The position numbers and the translations under genes are program-made. A stretch of 54,681 bases of DNA from Candidatus Aminicenantales bacterium (lineage in GTDB: Bacteria; Acidobacteriota; Aminicenantia; Aminicenantales; Saccharicenantaceae), in assembly GCA_049512315.1 (NCBI GenBank), contig JBEKXF010000024.1, forward strand, positions 1 through 54,681, in the 5' to 3' direction. Positions 36,823-46,347 of this stretch are shown one piece after another. Each line of letters begins with the position of its first letter. Positions within the stretch are counted from its first letter, which is position 1. A model generated the notes under the pieces. It did no database searches, was not told where the DNA came from, and saw nothing but the letters and a program-made list of their open reading frames with translations.

Positions 36823-39198
36823 GTGGTGGCCATCAAATGCCCAACCTGCCATTCCGACAATCCTGATACCCTGAAATTCTGCGGGGAGTGCGGAACCCAG
36901 CTCCCTCCTCCCCAGGACCGTCCTCCGGTCATGACAGAAACGCTCCAAACACCCATCCGAGAGCTCACTACGGGCTCCACCTTCGCAGGCCGTTACCAGG
37001 TCATCGAGGAGCTGGGCAAAGGGGGGATGGGGAACATATATAAGGTCATTGATAAAGAAATAAACGCCAAAATAGCTTTGAAGCTAATTAGACCGGATAT
37101 TGCCGCTGATGAAAGCACTATCGCCCGGTTCCGGAGAGAACTCAAAGTTGCCCGAGATATTTCCCACAAGAATATCTGCCGGATGTACGATCTTGGCAAG
37201 GAAGCAGGCGCCTATTATATAACGATGGAATATGTGCCCGGCGAGGATCTAAAGAGCATGATCCGTATGTCGGGGCAACTGAGCGCGGGATTCGTCATCA
37301 ATATAGGAAAGCAGATTTGCGAAGGGCTGGCGGAAGCTCACAGGTTGGGCGTTGTCCACCGCGATTTGAAGCCCGGCAACATCATCATTGACAAGGAAGG
37401 CAATGTTCGAATCATGGATTTCGGCATCGCTCGCTCACTCAAGGCCAAAGCGATCACGGGTGAAGGGATGATCATCGGGACACCTGAGTATATGTCACCG
37501 GAGCAGGTCGAAGGAAAAGAGGCCGACCAACGCTCCGACATTTATTCTCTGGGAGTGATCCTGTATGAAATGGCCACGGGCCGCATTCCTTTTGAGGGAG
37601 ATACTCCTCTAAGCATAGCCGTAAAGCAAAAGACAGAAACTCCGCCAAGTCCGAAGCGGATCAACAACCAAATACCTGAAGATCTGAGCCGGATCATATT
37701 GAAATGCATGGAAAAGGATAGAGGGAAAAGGTATCAAAGTGTCCAGCAACTTCTAATTGAGCTTAATAGGGCTAAAATAGAAAAGCGCGGGCTGGATAAG
37801 GTCGGCGAGGCCGGGACTGCGCCGTCCATCGCCGTCTTGCCCTTCGCTGATCTGAGCCCGGAGAAAGATCAGGACTATTTTTGTGATGGAATAGCCGAAG
37901 AGATCATCAATTCTTTAACAAAAATCGAAAAGTTGAAAGTGGCTTCAGGGTCTTCGGCTTTTCAATTCAAAGGAAAAGGACACGACATTCATGAGATCGG
38001 AGAAAAATTAAAAGTTCAGACCGTGCTCGAAGGGAGCGTACGGAAAGCGGGAAGCAGGCTTCGGATATCGGCTCAGCTGGTTAATGTCGCGGATGGTTAC
38101 CATATTTGGTCCGAGAAATACGACTGTGAAATGAAGGACATTTTTGTCATCCAGGATGAAATAGCTCTGACAATTGCCGACAAACTGAAAGTCAGGCTCT
38201 TGAGCGAAGAAAGAGAGGGACTCGTTAAGAGGCACACGGAAAATATTGAAGCTTATAATCTCTATTTAAAAGGCCGCTATTTCTGGAGCAAGCGGACCCA
38301 AAAGAGCTTTAGAAGAGCGATTGAATTCTTTGAACAGGCCATTGGCGAAGACCCAAGTTTTGGACTCGCCTATTCTGGCTTGGCTGATACGTACAATTTG
38401 CTTGGGTTTTATAGTGTCCTTCCCGGCAAAGAGGCTTTTCCCAAGGCCAAGCAAGCTGCGCTGAAGGCACTTGAGATAGACTCTTCAATCGCTGAAGCAT
38501 ATTCGTCCCTGGCTTTCGCCCAGCTATACTATGATTGGGACTGGGAGGGTGCTCATAAGAATTTCAAGAGTGCTATTGAGTATGGCCCAGGATATGCGAC
38601 AGCTCACCATTGGTATGCCGAATATTTGGTCTTGGTAGGCCAAATGGAGGAAGCCATTGGGGAGGGAAAACAAGCTTTGGAGTTTGATCCCTTCTCGCTG
38701 GTCATAAATACACTGTTGGGATGGCCGTTTCATTATTCAGGTCGATATGATCAGGCGATAGAACGATATCAAAGGACGCTGGAGCTGGACCCGAACTTTA
38801 TGACTCCACATTTCTTCCTGGGGTTGACCTTCGTGGAAAAAGCCATGTATAAGGAAGCCCTAGCGGAATTTAATAAAGCCAAAGTTCTTTTTGGAGATAG
38901 CGCTCTCATGGATGCGGCTATCGGCCATGCCTACGCCAGGTGGGGAAAGACAGATGAAGTCAAGAAAATTCTCGCTGAGCTCGAACAGATATCAAAACAA
39001 AGGCATGTCCCGTTCTATTATTTAGCCGCCATCTATGCGGATATCGGCGATCGAGATCAGGCCTTTCGTTGGCTGGAAAAATGTCTCGAAGAAAGGGATA
39101 TGTGGTTGGCGTTTCTCAGGGTGGACCCCATATGGAGCGACCTGCGACCAGATCCTCGGTTCAGTGAGCTATTAAATAAAATGGGATTGATCAATTGA
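36823..39198 (+). CDS. Ser/Thr protein kinase with zinc ribbon, TolB-like domain and TPRs
   Basis: CPTC..CGEC; LGKGGMG, HRDLKPGN, DFG, GTPEYMSPE; SIAVLPF; TPRs. Confidence 0.95.
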   Translation: MVAIKCPTCHSDNPDTLKFCGECGTQLPPPQDRPPVMTETLQTPIRELTTGSTFAGRYQVIEELGKGGMGNIYKVIDKEINAKIALKLIRPDIAADESTIARFRRELKVARDISHKNICRMYDLGKEAGAYYITMEYVPGEDLKSMIRMSGQLSAGFVINIGKQICEGLAEAHRLGVVHRDLKPGNIIIDKEGNVRIMDFGIARSLKAKAITGEGMIIGTPEYMSPEQVEGKEADQRSDIYSLGVILYEMATGRIPFEGDTPLSIAVKQKTETPPSPKRINNQIPEDLSRIILKCMEKDRGKRYQSVQQLLIELNRAKIEKRGLDKVGEAGTAPSIAVLPFADLSPEKDQDYFCDGIAEEIINSLTKIEKLKVASGSSAFQFKGKGHDIHEIGEKLKVQTVLEGSVRKAGSRLRISAQLVNVADGYHIWSEKYDCEMKDIFVIQDEIALTIADKLKVRLLSEEREGLVKRHTENIEAYNLYLKGRYFWSKRTQKSFRRAIEFFEQAIGEDPSFGLAYSGLADTYNLLGFYSVLPGKEAFPKAKQAALKALEIDSSIAEAYSSLAFAQLYYDWDWEGAHKNFKSAIEYGPGYATAHHWYAEYLVLVGQMEEAIGEGKQALEFDPFSLVINTLLGWPFHYSGRYDQAIERYQRTLELDPNFMTPHFFLGLTFVEKAMYKEALAEFNKAKVLFGDSALMDAAIGHAYARWGKTDEVKKILAELEQISKQRHVPFYYLAAIYADIGDRDQAFRWLEKCLEERDMWLAFLRVDPIWSDLRPDPRFSELLNKMGLIN

Positions 39199-39241
39199 TC
39201 TCAATGCTTCAGGTTCTGGATAGGTTTTCTGGTTTGAGATC

Positions 39242-40213
39242 ATGAAAAGTCGGGGGGAAAATATTTTGGGCTCCGTCCTTGAGGCTATTGGCAGCACTCC
39301 TGTCGTCAGTCTTTCACGCATCACCAAGAACGAGGCGGGAACGATCTTGGCCAAGCTGGAATATCTCAATCCCGGGTTTTCCAAGAAGGACCGGCCTGCT
39401 CTCCAAATTATCGAGGACGCTGAGGCAGAAGGCTTGCTCAAGTCTGGTCAACCTATCGTGGAATTGACGAGCGGCAACATGGGCATCGGATTAGCCATCG
39501 CCTGCTCCATCAAGGGCTACAAGTTTATTGCGGTCATGTCCAAGGGAAATTCCCCCGAGAGGGCTCGTATGATGGCGGCCCTTGGCGCAGAAGTCGTATT
39601 GGTCGACCAACAGCCTGGTTCCCTGCCGGGACAGGTTTCCGGGGGGGACTTGCAACTCGTTGAGCTAGAGACTCAGCGCATTACCAGAGAGAAAAAGGCT
39701 TTCCGGGCGGATCAGTTCAAATTATGGGGAAATTTTCGCTCACACTACTTGCATACGGGACCTGAATTTCTCGAACAATCCAATCATAAGATTGATGCTT
39801 TTTGTGACTTTGTGGGGTCTGGAGGATCTTTTGCCGGCTGCGCTCGTTCGTTTAAAGAGGATAATCCTTCAATTCGGTGCTACGTGGTTGAGCCGGAAGG
39901 GGCGGCCGCTTTGGCGGGCGAACAGGTAACCTACCCTCAGCATCGGATTCAAGGCGGCGGATATTCGATGCTATCGCTGACATTCCTTAAGCCCGAGCAT
40001 ATCGACGGCTATCTCAAAGTTACAGACGAGGAAGCGACGGCCGCGGCGAGGAAATTGGCCAGGGAAGAAGGCATCTTTGCCGGCTTTTCTTCCGGGGCCA
40101 ACCTTGCTGCAGCCATAAAGCTTCTGCGCGGGCCGTGTAAGGGAAAGACCATCGCGATCCTTATCAATGATTCGGGGTTAAAGTATCTAAGCACTGATTT
40201 ATGGCCTTTATAA
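39242..40213 (+). CDS. cysteine synthase family PLP-dependent enzyme
   Basis: KLEYLNPGFSKKDR, TSGNMG, GSGGS, GFSSGAN, DSGLKYLS. Confidence 0.9.
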   Translation: MKSRGENILGSVLEAIGSTPVVSLSRITKNEAGTILAKLEYLNPGFSKKDRPALQIIEDAEAEGLLKSGQPIVELTSGNMGIGLAIACSIKGYKFIAVMSKGNSPERARMMAALGAEVVLVDQQPGSLPGQVSGGDLQLVELETQRITREKKAFRADQFKLWGNFRSHYLHTGPEFLEQSNHKIDAFCDFVGSGGSFAGCARSFKEDNPSIRCYVVEPEGAAALAGEQVTYPQHRIQGGGYSMLSLTFLKPEHIDGYLKVTDEEATAAARKLAREEGIFAGFSSGANLAAAIKLLRGPCKGKTIAILINDSGLKYLSTDLWPL

Positions 40214-40276
40214 TTCATCAGAACCGACTCACCCACCCCTGTTATTCACAGTTTTTGGGTGAGGCTCAGAGGCGGC

Positions 40277-40380
40277 CCCCATCTCATGAGAATGTTCTAG
40301 ACATAATGCGAGTCTTTTAGTTTTTTAGCTTCCAACGAAAAGCGCAAGGAATCTCGGGCCAAGACGACAAGAAATCGACA
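40277..40380 (-). repeat. inverted copy of the arm repeat plus type-B terminus unit
   Basis: Reverse complement TGTCGATTTCTTGTCGTCTTGGCCCGAGATTCCTTGCGCTTTTCGTTGGAAGCTAAAAAACTAAAAGACTCGCATTATGTCTAG. Confidence 0.7.
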
Positions 40381-40681
40381 CCGCCACAGAATCTATCATC
40401 AAGCTCAATCCTCTAACACCTTTAAAACTAAGCCTTTAAAAGTAGCCCTATGAGACCCGCCTTCTGGACTTCATGTCCAGTGGTCAGGACGTCCTTTTGG
40501 ACTGATGGGGGTAGGGTCGAGGGTGGATATCTCGGGCGGCCGGTGCCTATTGGACTATGCGCTCTGGCACGCCAGATCGATCTGTATCCTATCCCCGGGT
40601 CGTGCTGTTTTAATGTAGAGGGGGCGGATTACAGACTGTTCACCGGCCCCCGAGTCGAGGGCCATGAAGGAACGTTTGCGG

Positions 40682-41239
40682 TCATTCATGCCAGGTTTCC
40701 CGAATAGACCGGAGTTCTTCCAGGGCCCGCCCGTAGAGCGGGTAGGCCCGAATTAGAAGCCGGTTCGCCTTTCTCGGGTGTCCGTGTTTCCGTAGCTCTT
40801 TGGCCCGGTCCTCTAAAGTCCCCGCCCGCCGTAGGAGCTCATACGGGCTTCTATGCCTTTGGCTTACTTCGTAGGCTAGCCTATGACAATGACGGCAGGC
40901 GTAATATCCGCCGCTCAGGTAGAGGGCCATAACTCGCCGGCAACAATGCCGACACCGGAAATAAAGCCTACGCCCGCCGTAATAGCAGGGAAAGGCCTCT
41001 ATCCTGTGCTCATAATCTACGGGCTTTTTGTCCAGTAGGTAGTCAAACTTTATGACCCCGCCCCATTCGTCCAAGCGGACCTCGAGGTTAAGGCTCCCGG
41101 TTTCTCGCCCGCCGCTTGAAAACGTAAGCCGCCCTTGCTTATAGCCCAAGTGTAGATAGCCCCAGGTTTTTAAATCGTGTATGGTAAGCCGGGACGTTTC
41201 TTCTACCATATCCCGGCCCCGCCCTGGATAGCGTCCCAT
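40682..41239 (-). CDS. mobile-element-associated zinc-finger protein
   Basis: PCYYGGRRLYFRCRHC...YACRHCHRLAY. Confidence 0.7.
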   Translation of the reverse strand: MGRYPGRGRDMVEETSRLTIHDLKTWGYLHLGYKQGRLTFSSGGRETGSLNLEVRLDEWGGVIKFDYLLDKKPVDYEHRIEAFPCYYGGRRLYFRCRHCCRRVMALYLSGGYYACRHCHRLAYEVSQRHRSPYELLRRAGTLEDRAKELRKHGHPRKANRLLIRAYPLYGRALEELRSIRETWHE

Positions 41240-41985
41240 TTTTAGCGGCTCACTCTCTTAGGGTTCCCGTAATACATAGGTGTTATGCCAGAATAAATGC
41301 CGGCGTTTCTCGGCTATACTTGCGAGCTAAGCCCGGACCTTAGAACGGGTAGCCCGTCCCCGTAGTCGATATCCGGGCCTCGATCGTGTGTTTCACATCA
41401 TGCATCCTGACAATGGTCATTTAAATCCCCGTTATTGAAGTAATCCGGGGTCCGGGTGGCGTGTCCCCCTGACCAGTACGCGACTCGCGCTTGGCCTCTG
41501 CCTCATTTTTTTGTTCATGTCTTCAGCCTTATGATCATGTCCCGAAATCCGGGCGCCCGGCCGGCCGCGAGCTCCTTTACGATCTCGCCCAGGGCCCAAG
41601 CCAGAAGCCGGTGCCGGCGCGAGCAAAAGCGCTGAGGCTTGCCGCTTTTTCGTGCTTGGAACCGCTCTAAACAGACGGGGCAAACGTTAACGTTCATCTG
41701 CGGGCCGATCGTTTCCCGGACTTCTCGGGTAGAGGGCCTTATCCCCGTGGTCAGGGCCGAATGGCTCCTTTTTGCGCGTCCTGCGCGGCCGTAGCGGCCT
41801 TCCCTCAAGTCCTGCGGCGCCCTCACAGGTTCATCCCTTTTCCAGCCGGCAACACGTTCATATTGCCTTCAGCCCCGCCTCCAGGTTCCTGCAGGCCCGG
41901 GGACGACCAAAAAGTTGACGGGCGGGCCGACCTTCGGAGAGGATCGACGGACAGGCGATGCAAAGGACCGGCAAATCTGGCTTTT

Positions 41986-42549
41986 TCATTTCCTGCCGTC
42001 TTTCGCCAGTAGCCGCGCCTCGTACTCAGCCGCCTCGCACCTATGCTTCTCAATCTCCTTGTCAAGCGCCGCTTCTTCGTTCGCGCCTAGTTTCCGGCGG
42101 ATTTCCGGCGATGACGCGGCGGACCTCTCTGTATCATCTAGGGTTTGATTTTCTCTTCCCATTAACTGGGAATCTTGCGGAGATGATAGAGATGGCTCCG
42201 GTACGCCTTTCTGCATAAGCTCCCGTTTTCTTCTGGGGTCGATCTGATAGTCCTTCCACGAGTTGACATAAAGAATTCCATTTTCCAAGCGCGTAAGTTT
42301 GCCGAAAGCGACACATCTTTCGATCGTGCGCGAAATAACGTCTGCGGGAACCCGCAGCATCCCGGCGAGATATTCAACAGGGTATGGCGTTGTCGGGTTC
42401 GCGCGGATGAATCCGTCGTCGGCGGCGGCAAGGCACAGAAAGTCAATGAAGACGCCTCGTTCTGCAGGGTCGAGTTCCCAGCGGGTCGAACCCATGAGCC
42501 ATTTATTGCGCCACAGCGGCAACCAATCGTAGATTTTTCCGCGTCTCAT
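41986..42549 (-). CDS. phage replication-organizer-like protein (N-terminal domain)
   Basis: WLPLW...ERGVFIDFLCLAA...YLAGML...VNSWKDYQ. Confidence 0.65.
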   Translation of the reverse strand: MRRGKIYDWLPLWRNKWLMGSTRWELDPAERGVFIDFLCLAAADDGFIRANPTTPYPVEYLAGMLRVPADVISRTIERCVAFGKLTRLENGILYVNSWKDYQIDPRRKRELMQKGVPEPSLSSPQDSQLMGRENQTLDDTERSAASSPEIRRKLGANEEAALDKEIEKHRCEAAEYEARLLAKDGRK

Positions 42550-42737
42550 GGCCTGTTCGCCTGGTTCTGCTGTTCAAGCCGCCGCTCAAGCTCGCGTAAA
42601 TCGACCCGGACAGCCCGCCCGATATGAACGGCCCCGATCTCGCCGCGAGCGATCATCTTTCTGACGCTCATCGGATGAAGCGAAAGCATTGCTGCTGTGT
42701 CGCCGACTGTGATCCAACGCCGGGTGGGGACGTTCAC
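42546..42737 (-). CDS. excisionase/AlpA-like HTH protein
   Basis: WITVGDTAAMLSLHPMSVRKMIARGEIGAVHIGRAVRV. Confidence 0.8.
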   Translation of the reverse strand: MNVPTRRWITVGDTAAMLSLHPMSVRKMIARGEIGAVHIGRAVRVDLRELERRLEQQNQANRP

Positions 42738-42994
42738 GATTCGTCTCCGGTTCGGTCGCCGAATAGGACTTCCAGGGGGAAGCCGAAGGCGCCGGCGATC
42801 TTCGCCCTGGTCCTCTTCCGTAGCACGTCCGTCCCCGACTCGGCTTTGAATACGGACGAAAGGGAAACCTCGGCGGCGAGGGCTAGCGTACGTTGGCTTA
42901 ACCCTCTACTTTTACGGATGACCCGCAGGATGCATGGGCCTTGACCCCTCCCTGATTTTCTGTCATCCTTAGCCGGGAGTTTGTCGGACCCCAT
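42734..42994 (-). CDS. XRE-family HTH regulator
   Basis: LRVIRKSRGLSQRTLA...VFKAESG...KIAGAF; AGGAGG RBS. Confidence 0.8.
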   Translation of the reverse strand: MGSDKLPAKDDRKSGRGQGPCILRVIRKSRGLSQRTLALAAEVSLSSVFKAESGTDVLRKRTRAKIAGAFGFPLEVLFGDRTGDES

Positions 42995-43061
42995 CTGACT
43001 TACCTCCTGGCCCCATCATGGGTTCGTTTGCCGTGTCAGCGGCTTCGAACCCGGGGCCTTT

Positions 43062-43748
43062 TTATTTTCTCGTAGCGAATGGGCTCAGTTTGCCTGTCAT
43101 CAATTCGATAGAGCTAACGATCCCCATGAGGTCGATAATTAACGTGCTCCCAAAATTAACCGCTGCACGATCCCTCGCTGGCCCGTGGTCCAGCCCTAGC
43201 GAATCAACCGCGCTCGATAGGGTTTTGACCCAGGCTTCCGGCTTTTTGTGTTCTCCGGGGGTAAGAGAAATGTGTATCCCAGCGGCTGTTCCGACGGGGG
43301 TCATGTCTATATAGGGCCCTCTATTGATGAGAAGAACGCAGCCCTCACGGAGATATTTGTCCCGGTGAGCAGCTATGTTTGCCAAGATTGAGGCTTCCTT
43401 AAAGGGCTTATAGAGAAGGTGATCTCCAGCGAGCTCCATTGCGATGGGCTGTCCCAAGATCTCCTTGATCGCTGCCAAGTTAACTCCGAATAATAACAGT
43501 TCTTTAATTACCGCCATCTCTAACAGGTTCTCGGGCGAGTATAGGTTTTTGCCATGTGCCTTGCCCCTAATGGCGGGTTCAAACAATCCCCAGGTTCGAG
43601 ACCAAAGGTAAGCTTCTTCGGGCTTTATTCCAAGGATGCTTTTGACGTCCCCGGATTTGAAGAGCTTTCTATCGTCTATTGCCACTGTTAATAGAAAATA
43701 GCATCTTAAACTGGCTTTGTCAACCTTTTTTTCAAATAGCCCCACCAT
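43062..43748 (-). CDS. MerR-like HTH regulator (true start probably near 43685)
   Basis: FKSGDVKSILGI...YLW...LYSPENLLEMAVIKELL.FGV.L..IK. Confidence 0.6.
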   Translation of the reverse strand: MVGLFEKKVDKASLRCYFLLTVAIDDRKLFKSGDVKSILGIKPEEAYLWSRTWGLFEPAIRGKAHGKNLYSPENLLEMAVIKELLLFGVNLAAIKEILGQPIAMELAGDHLLYKPFKEASILANIAAHRDKYLREGCVLLINRGPYIDMTPVGTAAGIHISLTPGEHKKPEAWVKTLSSAVDSLGLDHGPARDRAAVNFGSTLIIDLMGIVSSIELMTGKLSPFATRK

Positions 43749-44000
43749 CCGGCCAGGGTCCGCCCGAGATCGTCGTCCTGACGCGATCCTGGGCGGCCGG
43801 CTTCACCTCGTCACGATTGTCGACATCAAGGCCTTTAGTCCACGGTACGCTTCTGCATAGCGAGTCCAGGGGGCGAACCCTCAGGCCATTGGCTTTATGT
43901 CCGGACAGGGGGTAATTCTCCTATTGCATCCCCAGCAGGTCAGCAGTAGAATCAGGTCAGCAACGGGCAGCTGAATAAGCTTTGAGGTATAATACGGACG

Positions 44001-44444
44001 ATGAGAGCTCAAGAAATATTTACGATCGGATATGAGGGTCGTGAAATAGACGATTTTATTTCGCATCTAAAGTCCCTAAAAATTACGCGCCTTATTGATG
44101 TAAGAGAGCTTCCGTTATCCAGGAAAAGAGGTTTTTCGAAGTCCCAACTAAAGAGAAGAATGGAATCAGAAAATATTGAATATGTCCATATCAGGTCACT
44201 TGGAAGTCCTTCAAAGATCCGTCATCGACTCAGGGAAGACCATAATTACGATCAATTTTTCTCCGCTTTCCATAATCATTTAGCTGTAAACACAGAGGCG
44301 ATTGCTAGAGCTCATGGATACATCCGAGATGGAACAAATTGTTTAATGTGTTATGAACGTTCTTCGGATAGGTGCCATCGCTCAGCCGTCGCTCAGAAGA
44401 TAAAAGAATATGATGGGAATGGATTGAAAATAGTTCACATTTGA
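44001..44444 (+). CDS. DUF488 family protein
   Basis: IFTIGYEG, LIDVRELPLSRKRGFSK, CLMCYE...CHRS. Confidence 0.9.
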   Translation: MRAQEIFTIGYEGREIDDFISHLKSLKITRLIDVRELPLSRKRGFSKSQLKRRMESENIEYVHIRSLGSPSKIRHRLREDHNYDQFFSAFHNHLAVNTEAIARAHGYIRDGTNCLMCYERSSDRCHRSAVAQKIKEYDGNGLKIVHI

Positions 44445-45229
44445 AGGCCCAAGACTTCATAGCGAAGAAAGTCCTAATTACAGTAAAAGCCTATCCATAC
44501 CCAAGTATCAGCTATGGAGAGACGGTTTGCTGTGCGGGCGTGGACCTCGAAGATTTTAAATGGATCCGTCTCTATCCGATACCTTTCAGAGATCTGGAAG
44601 ATGATAAGAAATTTCGTAAATATAGCATTATCGAAGCCGATTGTGCCAAGTCACCCGGTGATTTAAGACCTGAGAGCTATCGTATAAGATCAGCTTCTAT
44701 CAGAATCCTAGATCACATTGATACCCGAAAGGGATGGGACAAAAGAAAGTCTATTGTGCTGAATCTTCCCGTTAAATCGATGTGTCAAGTAATCGAAGAC
44801 GAAAAAAATGCTAAAGCTTCATTGGGTTTGATAAAGCCTGTTAATATCGCTTTTCATTGTGAAAAGAAGCCGAAATCTGACGCCGGGAAGAGAATGAAAG
44901 CATATGCCCAAAAAAGCCTTTTTGGAAGATTAAAACAACCAATAGAAGAAATCCCATACCAATTTTATTATCACTTCAGATGCGCTTCAGAATTAGCTTG
45001 CCCTTCCCACGATCTATCAATAACCGATTGGGAAATATGTCAATCATTTCGTCGATGGAAATATCGGTATCGTGACGAGCAGGAATTATTGAGAAAGATC
45101 GAAGATAAATGGATGGACATGGTCGATGATACTAAGAAGGATTCATATTTCTATGTTGGAAACCTACATAGGCTTCAAAACATATTCACGGTTCTTGGCA
45201 CATTCTATCCGCCATTAATGAACCCATAG
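44441..45229 (+). CDS. conserved hypothetical partner of DUF488 (possible OB-fold)
   Basis: TTGA overlap; ITVKAYP..S..YGETVCCAG...WIRLYPIPFR...DWE...FYVGN. Confidence 0.75.
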   Translation: MKAQDFIAKKVLITVKAYPYPSISYGETVCCAGVDLEDFKWIRLYPIPFRDLEDDKKFRKYSIIEADCAKSPGDLRPESYRIRSASIRILDHIDTRKGWDKRKSIVLNLPVKSMCQVIEDEKNAKASLGLIKPVNIAFHCEKKPKSDAGKRMKAYAQKSLFGRLKQPIEEIPYQFYYHFRCASELACPSHDLSITDWEICQSFRRWKYRYRDEQELLRKIEDKWMDMVDDTKKDSYFYVGNLHRLQNIFTVLGTFYPPLMNP

Positions 45230-45298
45230 ATTTGGCATCACTTCCCGCCACCGAGAAGCCCCCCCGGATTAAACAAACGGGCGGAGATCAGAACTGAC

Positions 45299-45360
45299 TG
45301 TCAAGATTCGTGACGTGTTGGAGGCTAAAAAGGGCTTAAATCGGCTTAAACGGACTTAAA
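45299..45360 (+). repeat. arm-type att repeat next to the tRNA
   Basis: TGTCAAGATTCGTGACGTGTTGGAGGCTAAAAAGGGCTTAAATCGGCTTAAACGGACTTA. Confidence 0.75.
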
Positions 45361-45426
45361 TCCGATATCCCGTCGATGATCAGGTAAGTTATTGATCTTC
45401 AAGGCTTATATGGGGAGAATTTGAAG

Positions 45427-45501
45427 TGCCCCTGGCCTGACTCGAACAGGCGACACATGGATTAGGAATCCATTGCTCTATCCATACTGAGCTACAGGGG
45501 C
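45427..45501 (-). tRNA. tRNA-Arg(CCT)
   Basis: Full cloverleaf GCCCCTG TA GCTC..GAGC A ATGGA TTCCTAA TCCAT GTGTC GCCTG TTCGAGT CAGGC CAGGGGC A; CCA not encoded. Confidence 0.97.
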
Positions 45502-46305
45502 ACTCAGAGGAAGTGGCATTACTATAGCCGAAAGCGCCCCGGTGATCGACGCCCCGCACCGGCCGCACTTCTCCCCTTCCCGGCCGTAGGCCTTGTGGGA
45601 AAACTGGAAGCTCCCGGGCTTGCCCTCGGCGTCGACATAATCGCTCAGGCTTGAGCCTTTTGCGTCAATGGCCAGGGTCAGGATCTTGCGCATGGATTCC
45701 CAAAGGCGGGCAACGGCCTTCGCCGGCAGCGCCGCGGCCGGCGTTTCAGGATGGATCCGGGAATCGAAGAGGATCTCGTCCGCGTAGATATTGCCGATCC
45801 CCGCGATGATCCCCTGGTTGAGAAGAAGACTCTTGATCCGTCCCTTCCTCCCGCGAAGAATGCGCCTGAAATCCTCGAGCGCGATGTCCAGAGGCTCGGG
45901 TCCGAGAGACGACAGCTCCGTGCACGATTCCTCCGGGTTCCCGGGAAGGCACAGGAGAAAGCCGAACTTGCGGACGTCCCGGAAGCGGAGCTCGGGCCCC
46001 TTGTCCCGGAACCTGATGATGAGCCGCGTATGCTTGTCCGGCGCCTCCCGGCCGTCGGCGAGAAGGAGCTGGCCGGTCATTTTCAGGTGGAAGACGAGGG
46101 TCCATCCGCCCTCGCACGCGATGAGAGCCATCTTCCCGCGACGCCGCGCCCCAAGGACGCGGCGTCCGGCGAGCGCGGCGAGCCCGCCGCGTGGGGCCCG
46201 GCGCAGCAGCGGCCTGAAAAGGAGCTCGGCCCGGTCGATCACCCGGCCGCGGATGCCCGGTCCAAGGCTCTGGACGATCGTCTCGACTTCGGGCAGCTCG
46301 GGCAT
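45478..46305 (-). CDS. mutM: formamidopyrimidine-DNA glycosylase, zinc finger truncated
   Basis: MPELPEVE, RRGK, HLKMTG, DVRKFG, GIGNIYADE; only the first CxxC is present. Confidence 0.9.
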   Translation of the reverse strand: MPELPEVETIVQSLGPGIRGRVIDRAELLFRPLLRRAPRGGLAALAGRRVLGARRRGKMALIACEGGWTLVFHLKMTGQLLLADGREAPDKHTRLIIRFRDKGPELRFRDVRKFGFLLCLPGNPEESCTELSSLGPEPLDIALEDFRRILRGRKGRIKSLLLNQGIIAGIGNIYADEILFDSRIHPETPAAALPAKAVARLWESMRKILTLAIDAKGSSLSDYVDAEGKPGSFQFSHKAYGREGEKCGRCGASITGALSAIVMPLPLSAPVAQYG

Positions 46306-46347
46306 GGGGCCATTCTACTTGATTTGCGACCGGGTTTCGACTAAGAT

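Larger units (their letters stand above)
8517..45469. mobile_element. tRNA-Arg(CCT)-integrated genomic island (~37 kb)
   Basis: 48-bp direct repeats, internal tyrosine integrase, lower GC than the flanking core genes. Confidence 0.85.

Noticed and set aside
41432..41826. Short ORFs in the satellite-like module
   Set aside because: One may be real (CPVC...FCS motif, start near 41697), but overlapping frames prevent a confident call.
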